From Octopus vulgaris (lineage: Eukaryota), in contig OX597819.1 of assembly GCA_951406725.2 (NCBI GenBank), positions 42,222,001-42,286,000 of the forward strand: a DNA stretch of 64,000 bases. The letters run 5' to 3'. The translations under genes and the position numbers were made by a program. The notes under the pieces are model-generated. The model was not told the origin of the DNA. It did no database searches and saw only the letters and a list, made by a program, of their open reading frames with translations. Every line of letters starts with the position of its first letter. Position 1 is the stretch's first letter. This document shows, one piece after another, positions 27,500 through 40,084 of this stretch.

Positions 27500-29560
27500 T
27501 AGGAGTTGAAATGTAAAACATCGTAAACCTGCACAGATAGTTCCTACTGCTTAGTAAGTACGACCTCGATTATTTGAGTACACTAACCTGGATGTAAGGG
27601 TAGTCGCCTCGGATAATCTAGGTCTTATTTCGATAGAGTATTTATCAGATTAGCGGATAGAGTCAGTGTAAAATATTCATATTTTCTACTGGTCGGCAAT
27701 GTCGATCGCAAATTTCTGATCTATATCTGGTTACTGGAAGCGGTATGTGTCATCCTGGGCAAATAAATCCGGCAGGGACCAGATTGACAAATTAGTTAAG
27801 TGGCATTTGACGCGGACGAGCTGAAGAGAGCGATAGAACAGAATCAACAGTATTTAGTAAGCAAATAGATAAAAAGTGGAGCTGGTGAGTAGATAATAAG
27901 AGACGATTAGAAATGGCATCACGGCCAACGTGATAACATCGCGATTGACCCTCGACCATTTCCTCAATGTGAAACAAGAAGGTTGAGTTGTCAGTGCTAA
28001 AATGTGTTTTCTTTAAAACACGAAAAATGAGTTGGAGCAGCAGAAATGCGACAATTCAATATTTGACGGAATCGAGACGAGCGTGTGCTTCTTGATTCCA
28101 AGCAGATGCGTGCAGCTGTCAAGCAGCGTTTCGTTTAAATGTTTGGAGCGAGTGATGGAGCAGAGTCGATGGTGGCCTTTAGCGCTAACTTCGATGTAAA
28201 AGACACTATATGTTGCGAAAATCCGATACCGTCAGCTGAAATATGGTAAGTGGTTTTGCGAGGAACAAATCACGTGGTCTGAATAGTATATTCTATCATC
28301 TTTAGAATACTTGTCATTCTTTTACTGAGTCAGGAGTGGTAGCATTGATAAGGAAAGATACAAACAAGTGGGTCACGTCATTGGTAATTTCTGGTTTATA
28401 ACACCCTCAACGGACCAAGACTGTGATTCGAAACAGTGTCTATAGCTGACCATTTGATTTTGCCACCGAGCATTGTTGCAATAAATTGAAATAATTCAGT
28501 CTATGAAAACAGGACCGAAACTGGCTGCCTTGAGAATAACTGTCAAATAACAATTGTAAACCATATTGAAAGCTTTCAAATGATACAAATTAATTAGAAA
28601 CTTACCAAAGCTGGATTCATTAAATATACTCGGTCTGTTAAGGGTGTGCTACCCTAGCCCTACAGTATGTACTGGCTCTTGAGCTATTGGTACAAAGTTT
28701 AAGAGTCTGGTTAAGATGTTAGCAAAGACGATGGCGATCGTCGTCGTCAGACTTGTGCAATACCAAGTAGACCAATCCACGATATCATACAGATCTATCC
28801 TTAATGTACACATCTTAGAATAGGGTATTTCGAACTAGTCTCGGTTCGTTAAAGATGTTTTCTCTAATCCTTTCTGTATGCACTGACTCTCGAGCCATTG
28901 ATGCAGAAACTGTAAGTTTTAAGAGGTTTCTCTTCTGCAGTGGGATACTGGGGAACAGCGATAGTATACGCGAATAGGGCTTCTATAATTGTATCAAAGA
29001 ACCCGGGAGTCCTTTTAAACGACTACGGAATAATGACAAAAGCAAAGATTAACCAGGACAAGGCACTGAGCTTACAGCTTAATAACAGTAGATGTAAGGA
29101 TATGCCACCAGGCAGCAGCATGTGTTGGACCATCAGGCAAGTTGAGTTGCTTGGGGTCTCAGGTTTCCGGTGGATTGGAGCTGGGACACAAGTTACAAAC
29201 ATTGAGGACTAATCTTTCATCATTGGGGATCATTTCCTCCCATTCAGGGTTGTGTGAGAAGCATTATAGGACCCTGGGCAAATCAATACATTGACGTCTA
29301 GAGCTTTTATTTATTAATAGCAAGCCATGGTGTACACATATTAGAACTGGGCCGCAAGACCCGCGAGAACCCTGGATCACTGTCTGATGGAATTTCAGTC
29401 CTGAGTCAAGACGAAGCATCTGACATCTGCAATGTTACTCGGTGCTCGAAGTTTATACGAGTCGGGCAACACAGCTGTTGGAACTTCCTCGTTAGTTTTC
29501 TATGGAGAACCAAAGAGGGAGAAGAGTGTAGTGTAATGGGACACCACACTCACTGTGAGG
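27500..29560 (+). mobile_element. Highly decayed L1/Tx1-like LINE remnants
   Basis: Scattered motifs GYWK, YVLALE, LVKMLAK and AKINQDKA. Confidence 0.45.
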
Positions 29561-30614
29561 TGGTGTGATAATCTATGTATGGGAGACATATACTTATTCT
29601 TCCTTTAATAAATACGCGTGGTTTGTTTTGTCTTACTTCTATCGGTTACTTTCATCTACTTCGCTATGTTTACCTAGTCTGAAGGGCTGTCAACCATATG
29701 CGTGTCTTTGCGTCTGTGTGTGCATAGGTATGTGTGCATATGTGTGCGCATGTGTGTGCATGTGTTGTTGTTGTTGATGTTGGTGGTGGTGGTGGTGGCT
29801 GTCGGGCCTCAAGGCAGATCTTGTGCCGTAGGTGTATTTGTTATACTTGTATGCACTTCATGTGTGTGTGTGTGTGTGCGTGCGTGCGTGTGTGTGTGCG
29901 TATGTGTGTGTGCGTATGTGTGTGCGTGCGTTAACTATTTCGCGAGTGTGTGTTATGTTTGAGCTTTGTTTTTGAGTGTGTGTGTGTCTGTCAGTGTCAA
30001 TGTGTGTATGTTGTGACGTAGCAAAATGTCAAGAAAATTAATTGCTGTAAATTTATTGCGACTAATTAATTAATTACGGCATCACAGTAAATCTAATCGC
30101 CTGTAATTTCATCTGTTCGTAATTTTATAGCAAAGTAACAGCATCACGAAACCAAAACATCGTCCACAAATTCAGTGTCAGATCAAATGTAGCGTTAAAT
30201 ACCACAGTCCTCAGGAAAATCTTAAAATGCCAAGTCATAAGCAAATCCTCATAAATCATTGATATTTTTTGCGTTGAATTCTCAATATTAAGTACTTGCT
30301 CGAGCCCTTGGACTTATCTGACCGGTAACTCGGTTTCCATGGCGTATAAGAAGTGACCGAGAGCACAACATTCTCTCTGAACGGGTTACAAGTCTGGCGC
30401 AGGTTTACATATAAGAGGATTGGAAGAAAGTGAAGTGTTTTGCTCAAGAACACAATCCACTGTTCCGTCGAATTCTAGCTGTATTACACACACACACACA
30501 CATGCACACACACACATGCATACACACACGCACACACACACATGCACACACACACACACACACACATGCACACACACACACACACAAACACACACTTATT
30601 TTTGCATATATACA

Positions 30615-31018
30615 TATTCTTTTATTCTTTTATTTGTTTCAGTCATTTGGCTGTGGCCATGCTGGAGCACCGCCTTTAGTCGAGCAAATCGACCCCAGGA
30701 CTTATTCTTTGTAAGCCTAGTACTTATTCTATCGGTCTCACTTGCCGAACCGCTAAGTGACGGGAACGTAAACACACCAGCATCGGTTGTCAAGCCATGT
30801 TGGGGGGGACAAACACGGACACGCAAACATATACATATATATATATATATATATACATATATATACGACGGGCTTCTTTCAGTTTCCGTCTACCAAATCC
30901 TCTCACAAGGCTTTGGTCAGCCCGAGGCTATAGTAGAAGATACTTGCCCAAGGTGCCACGCAGTGGGACTGAACCCGACACCATGTAGTTGGTAAGCAAG
31001 CTACTTACCACACAGCCA
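30615..31018 (-). mobile_element. SINE family A
   Basis: Close match to the 9515-9957 copy. Confidence 0.9.
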
Positions 31019-31039
31019 CATTTCTTTCTCCGATGTGAA

Positions 31040-31310
31040 TCTCGCGTTTGTTAGGAGACTCTTGAGATTTGGTGGTTGTCTTTGACTTTTGATGATTTGT
31101 GATTCTTTAATTATTTCTCGGAAATTTTATGATTGATGCAGACTTGCGAGGTATCGTTTGTCCGAATATTGGATGTAGTTCCTAGAATTATCGGTAACAA
31201 TGAATGGAATATTTATACCCTCAGTGCGAGTATTTCTCTGTAAGGCAGATATTGGGATTTCTCTTGCTTTGGTTATGCCGTCATTTATTAGTTTTTTGAG
31301 GAATTTCGGT
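31040..31310 (-). mobile_element. Penelope-like RT thumb/linker fragment
   Basis: LINDGITKAREIP..IPFIVT..RQPPNLKSLLTNARF. Confidence 0.7.
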
Positions 31311-31552
31311 TTTTTAAAGAATTTTCTCTTGTCATTTCTCTTGTCTATTTGTGCCTGCAACTACTGAAGATATACTTCTTATTTCTTTATTGCCCACAAG
31401 GGGCTAAACACAGAGAGGACAAACAAGCACTACTTGGAACCGCTCGAATACTCCGGATAGTGCTCGAAAAATAAGGCGTGTTACCTTAGTTTACTGGTAG
31501 TGAACAGCTGGCACCGTAGTACATCTCCAGCATTAGAAGCTGTGCAAAGTCA

Positions 31553-31553
31553 A

Positions 31554-31617
<64 letters not shown>

Positions 31618-31695
31618 TTTTGCAGTGCAGCTCCAGGCACCGATAAAATTACACGCAATAACATGACAAGCAACAGAATGCTGCTGCTGCTGCTG

Positions 31696-31753
<58 letters not shown>

Positions 31754-31905
31754 TGCTGCTGCTGCTGCTATTACTGTTACTGCCGCCGCCTCCGACACCA
31801 CCACCGACACCGACACCACCACAGCCACCGACACCACCACCGCCACCATCACCGCCGCCGCCACCGCGACCGCCGCCACCACCACCGCCGCCGTCGCTGC
31901 TGCTA
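31553..31905. repeat. (TAG)n ... (CTA)n/(CTG)n/(CCR)n trinucleotide block
   Basis: Read directly. Confidence 0.9.
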
Positions 31906-32259
31906 TCAGTCGCAACAATACTAATCATCAGTGAAAGTTTAAGTGTCCCTTGATCTTATACGAGATAACAGAGTGGTTCGTGGCGATTATCTTCATATAA
32001 ACATGCAAACACACACACAACAGGTATGTGCATGTATGTATGTATGTATGTATGTATGTATGTATGTATGTATGTATGTATGTATGTATGTATGTATGTA
32101 TGCATGTATGTATGTATGTATGCATGTATGTAAGTGCATATATATATATACATATACATATATATATAAAAACATATATATAGGACGCCATGACAGATCG
32201 TTAGCTCCTACACGCTTTTTTTTCTCTCCTTGTTTCTCTCCTTGTTTTTTTTCTGTGTA

Positions 32260-32297
32260 TCTTTCTGTCGAAGAGCGTAGGCTCGAAACGTAAAAGA
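32260..32297 (+). ncRNA. Minimal hammerhead motif, core variant CUGUCGA, in a pLTR fragment (~32185-32397)
   Basis: TCTTT-CTGTCGA-A-GAGC-GTAG-GCTC-GAA-ACGT-A-AAAGA. Confidence 0.6.
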
Positions 32298-32659
32298 CTT
32301 TTTTCTATTTCTATTCCTGAGCGCTATACTAATACATTTGTTTGTTTGTACTCCACCTGCCTTCGTCTTTTGTTTATTTTCATAAACTTTCCCGTTATAT
32401 ATATATATATATATATATAAAACATCTGAGGGATCTCCATGGAGTTGGTAGGTGGGGGTATAGATGTTTTCAAGAAACAACTTGGCCTCTTGCTATCCAG
32501 AATCCCAGATGAACCAATGTGAGGGTAGGAAACTAAAAATAAGGTAACAGTGTCGAACTCCTACCTTGACCAAAAGCCTATCACATAGGACTAGCCAATG
32601 AAAAGGCGATGTCCAAGCATGGCCACAGCCTTAGGGATCAAACATATAAGAGAATAAAA

Positions 32660-32684
<25 letters not shown>

Positions 32685-32696
<12 letters not shown>

Positions 32697-33116
32697 TTAG
32701 AGACAAAACCACTATTTTGCAAAACAAACAAGGAAAGACTTAATCAATACATAAAATTTTAATAAAAAGTAAAAAAAACCGCCACTTTAATATTCGTTTT
32801 TACTTGATCTCCATAAGGAACTATTAACCAAATTTTATTCTTATTAACCTTATTATTATTATCATTATTATAAATATATTTATAATTCTTTATTTTATTA
32901 AAATTATTATCAGAATTATATCTATGTACAGCATTTAAGGAATTATTAATATTATTAATTTTATCAATATAATTATTATAATAATTATTAAATTTATTTT
33001 TATTTTTATTATTCTTATTTGTATTATTATTATTATTATTAAAATTTTATGTATTGATTAAGTCTTTCCTTGTTTGTTTTGCAAAATAGTGGTTTTGTCT
33101 CTAATAATATTATATA
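32685..33116. repeat. Perfect ~81-bp inverted repeat (32685-32765 / 33036-33116) between (TA)n tracts
   Basis: ATATTATTAGAGACAAAACCACTATTTTGC..ATAAAATTTTAATAA and its reverse complement. Confidence 0.9.
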
Positions 33117-33226
33117 ATATTTTACTATAAAATTGGATTTAATCCTAAATCTGATTTTTTCCCTGTAAATTTGGATTTATTCCCTAATATTTATTATATA
33201 TATATATATATATATATATAAACAAA

Positions 33227-33397
33227 TGCAGCGTGGAAGGTGCTTATAAGTCATTTTAAACACACAAAGGCCGTTAGATTCAATTCAACATTTAAATTTA
33301 GTATGCCAAAATATTTTCGTCGCTTTGAGACCTGTTCACTGACAAAATTCCAGTTATTGTGTGCTTTAAATGGTTTATAAACACCTTTCACACTGCA
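33227..33397. mobile_element. Second fold-back element of the 17076 family
   Basis: TGCAGCGTGGAAGGTGCTTATAAG.. versus ..TTTATAAACACCTTTCACACTGCA. Confidence 0.8.
33304..33344 (-). ncRNA. Minimal hammerhead ribozyme, G3-C8 core variant (copy 2)
   Basis: TGTCA-GTGAACA-G-GTC-TCAAAGC-GAC-GAA-AATATT-T-TGGCA. Confidence 0.6.
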
Positions 33398-33480
33398 ATT
33401 GTTTTCGTTCCAGTACACGATCTCAGGTTAGGTCACTTGCTATGCAAGTACATCTACGTAATAAATATACATACATACAA

Positions 33481-33563
<83 letters not shown>

Positions 33564-33901
33564 TAGGAAGACTGACTGATAGATAGACAGATAGCTAGCT
33601 AGATAGATATACACACGTATATATCGTGGCACTCCATCTGTTTAGAAATGAAGTGCATCATGAGCTACAAATGATAAAACTAAAATAGGTTACGTCTCGG
33701 GGACGCCAAGTGCGTGAGAAATAGCAGTCAAGTTAGTACTATCAGGTTTTATGTAATGAACATGTAACAAAAACAATGTTTAATTAATAATATTTTTGTA
33801 ATGTGAAGAAGACGTGTTTTTATCATCACATGTGATGGCCCTCACGTGACACATTTGCTACTGCTTCAACACATATATACACATCCATATGTTGCCATAC
33901 G

Positions 33902-34288
33902 TATCGTGGCACTCCGTCGGTTACGACGACGAGGGTTCCAGTTCATCCGATCAACAGAACAGCCTGCTTGTGAAATTAACGTGCAAGTGGCTGAGCACTC
34001 CACAGACACGTGAACCCTTAACGTAGTTCTCGGGGAGATTCAGCGTGACACGGAGTGTGACAAGGCTGGCCCCTTTGAAATACAGGTACAACAGAAACAG
34101 GAAGTAAAAGTGAGAGAAGGTTGTGGTGAAAGAGTACAGCAGGGTTCGCCATCACCACCTGCCGGATCCTCGTGGAGCTTTAGGTGTTTTTGTTCAATAA
34201 ACACTCAAAACACCCCGGTCCTGAAAATCGAATCCGCGATCCCACGACCGCGAGTCTGCTACACTAACTACTGGGCCATTGCGCCTCC
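33902..34288 (-). mobile_element. SINE family C, full length
   Basis: Head GGAGGCGCAATGGCCCAGT, tail ..CCCTCGTCGTCGTAACCGACGGAGTGCCACGATA. Confidence 0.85.
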
Positions 34289-34471
34289 ACAGCCATATGT
34301 ATACTAAACTGACATATACACATCCACATATAACCACACATATACTCATTCATATACATACAAAGCAACGTATACATACCCGAACACGTTACACATGCAA
34401 TTACACCAATACACATACCTACACATATAGACACAACCACACATATATGCCCACACCTAAAAATTCACACG

Positions 34472-34529
<58 letters not shown>

Positions 34530-35027
34530 CCTACAAACATACACGTACACACACACACCCGCGCTGACCCATTTATTCATATACCTAAACATACACATAG
34601 AGAACACAATATATACAAGCCTAAACATACATATACACTTATACACGCATCTACAGTTTCCTATACAAACACACGTATATACATACATACAAACATACAT
34701 GCTTACATACACGCATACAAACACATATACAGACACACCTACATCGGCACACGCTTACATACATGCGCGTGTATAATGGGTAATATGTAACGATGTATGT
34801 TTTGTACGTATATTATAAATAAGCACATACTTATGTGTATATATAAGAATATATATGCGTGTGTATATACTCCTGGCAGGCGTTTGTTTGTTGTAGTTGA
34901 ACCGACCACCTGTTTGGTGGGGGCAAAGGGGTGGAAAAGGTATGAAATAGACAAAAAACAAAGTAAAATGCGGTCTTGTTTTTTTCGACATTCTTTGCGC
35001 AAGCATTCACCCTTCAAATTACATATA

Positions 35028-35078
<51 letters not shown>

Positions 35079-35079
35079 A

Positions 35080-35683
35080 TGTTCTCCTTTGTTTTTAATT
35101 ACATAAAGTCTTCCTCAGAGGAAGGAAATGGTTTCGAACAAGAATAAAAAGCGCCATTGTTGTATTGTAGATAAAAACAAATTCACATTTTAAACTTGAG
35201 AAAAGTCTTGCATATATTTACTCTTCCGCTTACAGATTATATTTATAATATACCTGCCAACTTGCTGATATCATTTTTCTGAAAACTATACCCTTTCCAG
35301 ATTGTCACTCAGGCATAAACACACAAAACCAAGTGCTCCAATTATTATTGATATAGATATGAATTTATAATTTAGATATAGGAAACCGAATGTTTTGGAG
35401 CAGTTGTCCATATTTATCGCCTTCTCGCTTTTTTTCTAAGAGGTGTTCACATCAGCAGGACAGCTAACCTCCATGATAGTACATACTTTTTCTTGTCTGT
35501 CCCAAGCAAACATATCTGATCTGTTATGTTTGCACTTGGTAGAAGTTTTGATGGGAATGTTCCACCAATATTCCTAGTGTTGACGTTTATGTATGTTTTC
35601 AATAACAATAGGGATCTCCATATTTATTTTAGAACAGGTTTTTTTTCGGGTACTGTTGTACATTGTTTTAGTGACAGCTTCAT
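35080..35683 (-). mobile_element. R4/Dong-type (restriction-like endonuclease) LINE 3' end
   Basis: EYWWNIPIKT..KHNRSD..WD..IMEVSCPADVN. The 3' end is homologous to 37700-38010 and abuts (GT)n. Confidence 0.75.
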
Positions 35684-36557
35684 GCAGAGATCTGAATAAG
35701 TGGAGATCCGAAGGAGCAATATCTGGTGAATATGGAGGGTGGGGTAACAAATCCCAGCTGAGCTGCAACAATTTTTGTCTGGTTCCCAAAGAAACATGCG
35801 GTCTTGCATTATCATGTTGGAAAACAACACCTTTCCTGTTGGCCAATCCTGGATGTTTCTCTTGGATTGCTGCTTTTAACTCATCCAGTTGTGTGCAGTA
35901 TTTCGCAGAATTAATTGTCTGGTTACTTGGGAGAAGCTCATAGTACAGAATTCCTTTCCAATCCCACCAGACACAAAGCAAGACTTTTTTAGGGTGGTGA
36001 AGACCCGCTTTTGGGGTGGCTAAGGGTGGCTCATGTCGCTTACTCCAGGATCGCTTTCTCTGAGCATTTCGGTAGATAATCCATTTCTCATCACCTGTCA
36101 CAATTTGCTTTAAAAAAGGCGCGTTTTCATTCCGTTTATAAAGCGAATCACGGATGGAAATGCGATCCAGAAGGTTCTTCTCCCTCAACTCATGTGGTAC
36201 CCAAACATCGTAGCGATTTATGTGCCCAAGCTTTACCAGGTGCTCATGAACGACGGATTTTGATAGGTTGAAGCTTTCTGCCAATTCTCGGGTTGTACAA
36301 TGTAGGTTATTCTCAATTAATGACTTGATTTGGTCATCATCTGTAGTGGATGGTCTGCCTGATCGCTCTTTATCAATAGTGCTACAAACTCCAGCTCGGA
36401 ACCTTACGAACCACTTCCGTACAGTTATTTCATATAAAGAAACATCACCATAAACTGCACATATTTCTTTGGTTGCTTGTGAGGTATTTTTCCCTTTACG
36501 GAAAAAGAAAAGCATCAAGTGTCGAAAATGAACTTTCTTATCTTCCTTCCATTTCAA
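35574..36557 (-). CDS. Mariner DD34D transposase, C-terminally truncated and read into LINE sequence
   Basis: WVPHEL, IVTGDEKW, HDNARPH and HPPYSPDIAPSD. Mariner similarity ends after LFRSL (~35685). Confidence 0.9.
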   Translation of the reverse strand: MKWKEDKKVHFRHLMLFFFRKGKNTSQATKEICAVYGDVSLYEITVRKWFVRFRAGVCSTIDKERSGRPSTTDDDQIKSLIENNLHCTTRELAESFNLSKSVVHEHLVKLGHINRYDVWVPHELREKNLLDRISIRDSLYKRNENAPFLKQIVTGDEKWIIYRNAQRKRSWSKRHEPPLATPKAGLHHPKKVLLCVWWDWKGILYYELLPSNQTINSAKYCTQLDELKAAIQEKHPGLANRKGVVFQHDNARPHVSLGTRQKLLQLSWDLLPHPPYSPDIAPSDLHLFRSLHEAVTKTMYNSTRKKTCSKINMEIPIVIENIHKRQH

Positions 36558-36734
36558 AGGGTTACAGAATTAACACAGGTTATAGGAACATAAACCTTCT
36601 TCCACGAAAAGATAGCTTAAACTGTGCTCTAAATGGAGGTGTAGTCAAATCCCATTTTATGGACTCAACCATGTTCTAAAATAAGTCGAAAGGTAAGGTA
36701 CTATAAATCGGCACGAACTTTCCGGACAACCCAA
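35684..36734 (-). mobile_element. Mariner element with 5' TIR only
   Basis: TA|TTGGGTTGTCCGGAAAGTTCGTGCCGATTT at 36734 on the minus strand. No matching 3' TIR. Confidence 0.85.
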
Positions 36735-37699
36735 TATATATAAATACATATATACATAAACAAACATACATACTTATTACACACACACATACATACACAT
36801 ACACATACTCCAATAAGATCTAGGCACCATGTATCAGAGACACTAGTATGTCACACACCACCACAAAATTTTATGACCTTTCTTACGGAAGACGATTGCC
36901 AGCGAGATCGTCCAGCTAGCTTCAAGCAGGGAGACTATGCAGAAACTCAGAGTAAAGGTTTCTGCTTACCTGTTTATTAACACAACCAGGTATACACCAG
37001 TTATTATTGGCATAAATAAGGAAATTATAAACTGGCTAGAGAGGCAGCAGTTCGTCTCTGTTTTATTTGTCTCATCCATTGAACTGCAGCAATGCTAGAA
37101 CACCGTATTGAAGGATTCAGCCGAACAAATAAACCCTAGTGCAATGCGCTACATATATGCATTTTAAAACCTGATGCGTATTCTATCACTCGCTTTTGCT
37201 GAGCCGCTAAGTTAAAGGACTTAAAAAAACAGAACGGGTTGTCAAGGGGTAGTGGGGGACAAACTCAAACACACACACACACCTCCGTGCGACGGATTTG
37301 TACGCAGATTCCGTGTATAGTAGAATCCGTTTGCTCAAATGCTGCGCAGCGGAACAGAACCCCAAACTACGAGGTTGCTAAGCGATCTTCTTAACCACAC
37401 AGCCACCCTGCAGCTGTTGTGCATAAATACTCCAAGTCGTATTAACTTCGTATTAAGAGTTCCCATCTGCGTATCAGCTGACCTTTCTGTCTCTATGTAC
37501 TTCTTGCTTTCTTTTCCAAACAACTATATTCAGTCTGTTATGCTGTCACATGACGGAATGTTTGATGCTAATGTTTCATCAATATTCCATGTGTTGATAT
37601 GTGTCTGTCTGTATGTATGTTTGTATGTTTGTATGTATGTATGTATGTATGTATGTATGTATGTATGTATGTATGTATGTATGTATGTATGTGTGTGTA

Positions 37700-38900
37700 T
37701 GTTCTCTTCTGCTTTTAATTATTTAAATTTTTCCTCTGAGGAAGGAGCTGGGTACTAACAAAGATACAAAGCTCCATCTTTGGAATGTAAATAATAAAAA
37801 CAACAATGCCATGTTTTAGACTTTTTTTACTGTTCCCTTTACTGATTGTATTTATAATGTGCGAGTTAGTTGGTTGTTTTCTTTTTCTGAAAACCCTAAC
37901 TTATCTAGATTGTCACTAAGGCATTTACTCACCGAACCAAGTGCACCATTTATGTAAATGTAAATGTTTAATCTTAATGTAGAAGTTTGAGATTTTTAAG
38001 TAGTTGTCCATAGTCTGACGTAATATTCTCGGGTTCCTCAATCTTAACTGATTCTCCCCACACAACAATCAAGGATCAACATTTCTTTTGGCCAAATTCT
38101 ATTCCTATGTCAGCTGAAAATGTTGTTATTAATTCCAGCCGTGTTTTTGGCATTGTTAACATTTCAAACCTAAAACTTGAGGTATATACGAAGAAATTAT
38201 GAGTTACATTAATATCTCTAACTATTGTAGACCCTAGCATGTAGTCGTTTAACTTTTGTAGCAGAAAAGGTAGTTGATTCAATGCCAAAATGAACAGAAT
38301 TACAGAAATGTTTTTTGGAATATTCCCTTTGAAATATTTATAACATTGGAGACGATTGTTCCACTCTCCGTTCTGTGTGCAAGAGTTGTTGTCCAGGTCT
38401 TTGTGAGTCTCTCAATGGCAACAATAAAGGCAGCAGCCACTTTTGCCAAAAGTACAGACTTTAGCAGCCATGAGCGCGGAATAGAATGAAATTCCTTCCT
38501 ATAATCAAGCCATACCGCTGCAAGGCTTCTGCGATATTTTTCACTTCAGACAATACAGCTTTATTTATCAAAACTATACAGCACATCACAATCCCTTCTT
38601 TCCTCCTGCCTGCTCATCAGTCACTATGTTGTTGGACTCACAATGTTCCTGGAGAAACTGGTTGACACAGCTTGTCCGCACTTTGTACATAATGTTTAGG
38701 CAAGCTATGGGCCTGCAGTTTTCAGGCAGCTCGGTGGTTTTATTCTTGGCTACGAGACTCATCCATGCTATAGCAAGCCAGTTTGGTATGCTACTCTGAC
38801 CTTCCATAATTCTTTTGAATATACTTGTGGTTTCCTGTAAAATGCCAGCCTCTTATACCAGTATCCCCTCTAAGTCCCTTCTAGGTGCCTTCCCATTATG
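37700..38900 (-). mobile_element. Decayed R4/Dong-type LINE (RT fragments plus 3' end)
   Basis: NCRPIACLNIMYK, DEQAGGKKG and WLDYRK. The 3' end abuts (GTAT)n. Confidence 0.75.
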
Positions 38901-38953
38901 CAGTTTGCCTACATCTCTGTAGCTATGTATGTATGTATGTATGAATATAACTA

Positions 38954-39869
38954 CGAGAAGGTACCCAAAAGTAACTGGAAAAGTTCTGTGGGACATGCTC
39001 GTTGTAGTTCAGTCTTCCGCCTTTAGAAGCCACTTGATGGGACCCTCAGGCATCAGTCTGCCGACCGTCATTGTCGAGTAACGTCGTACTGTCACGTGAT
39101 GCGTTTTTGTTTTGCAATACTTCTCCTCTGTTCGTCGATTTTTGCGATGGCTGAAACGAAGGAACAGCGTGCTTCCGTGAAATTCTGTTTTCTGCTCAGG
39201 AAAACGGCGGCCGAAACAGTTTTCATGCTTCAAAAAAGCTTACAAGGACGCTACTATGAGCAAAATACAAGTTTACGAGTGGTTTTCACGGTTTAGGAAT
39301 GGTCACTTGTTGCTTGAAAAGACCAACCTCGTTCAGGGTGATCGTCGATTTCTCGAACGAAGGAAAACATCATGAAAATTCATGAACTGATCTTGTAGTA
39401 CCGTTGCCGAACAATTGTTGAACTCGTTGATATGACTGGTATGTCCTGAAGCTCCTGCCAACGAATTTTGAGCGAGAAATCGCGAATGAAAAGAGTTGCA
39501 GCAAAATTTGTGCCTCGCTGGCTCACGGAAGATCAAAAGCAGTCACGGCTGAATGCGTGATCCCGCTTACCCGCCCTCCCTACTCACTCGATCTTGATTT
39601 CTGCGACTCTTTCTTGTTCCCCCGAACGAAAAAAAAATCCATAAAGGAAAACGTTTGGCAGATGTAGAAGTGAAGTAAAAAACGACAGAGGAGTTAAAAG
39701 GCATCATTTCGCAAGAGTTCCAGGACTGCTTCGAATAATGAAAAACTTGCCTTAACCGATGCACTGCTTCTAATGGAGAATTCTTTGAAGGCAATAACAG
39801 TGTAAAGATATAAAACCAAGTGAATAAAATAATATTGCAAAATTCCGGTTTCTTTTGGGTACCCTCTCG
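38954..39869 (+). mobile_element. Internally deleted mariner element with both TIRs
   Basis: TA|CGAGAAGGTACCCAAAAG..CTTTTGGGTACCCTCTCG. Frameshifted EQRASVKFCFLL, VYEWFSRF and AKFVPRWLT. Confidence 0.85.
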
Positions 39870-40084
39870 TGTGTGTGTGTGTGTGTGCATGGTATGACTT
39901 CACTTCTTAGTGGGATCACTTCTTAGTATTCTTCCGCTCAGTTCAGTTCTGACTCGGAGTAGTAGCATCTACCAGGGTCCCAGCTATGTGTTGGCATATC
40001 TGATGACAATCTGAATGCAGGGATACAGAAACACCCTTGGGTGGTGCTGGAGGGACTCCTAGTAGTCACGACATTTGACTAGGA

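Noticed and set aside
31533-31953. Gly/Ser- or Pro/Leu-rich protein ORFs
   Set aside because: Trinucleotide repeats only, with no domain or splice support.
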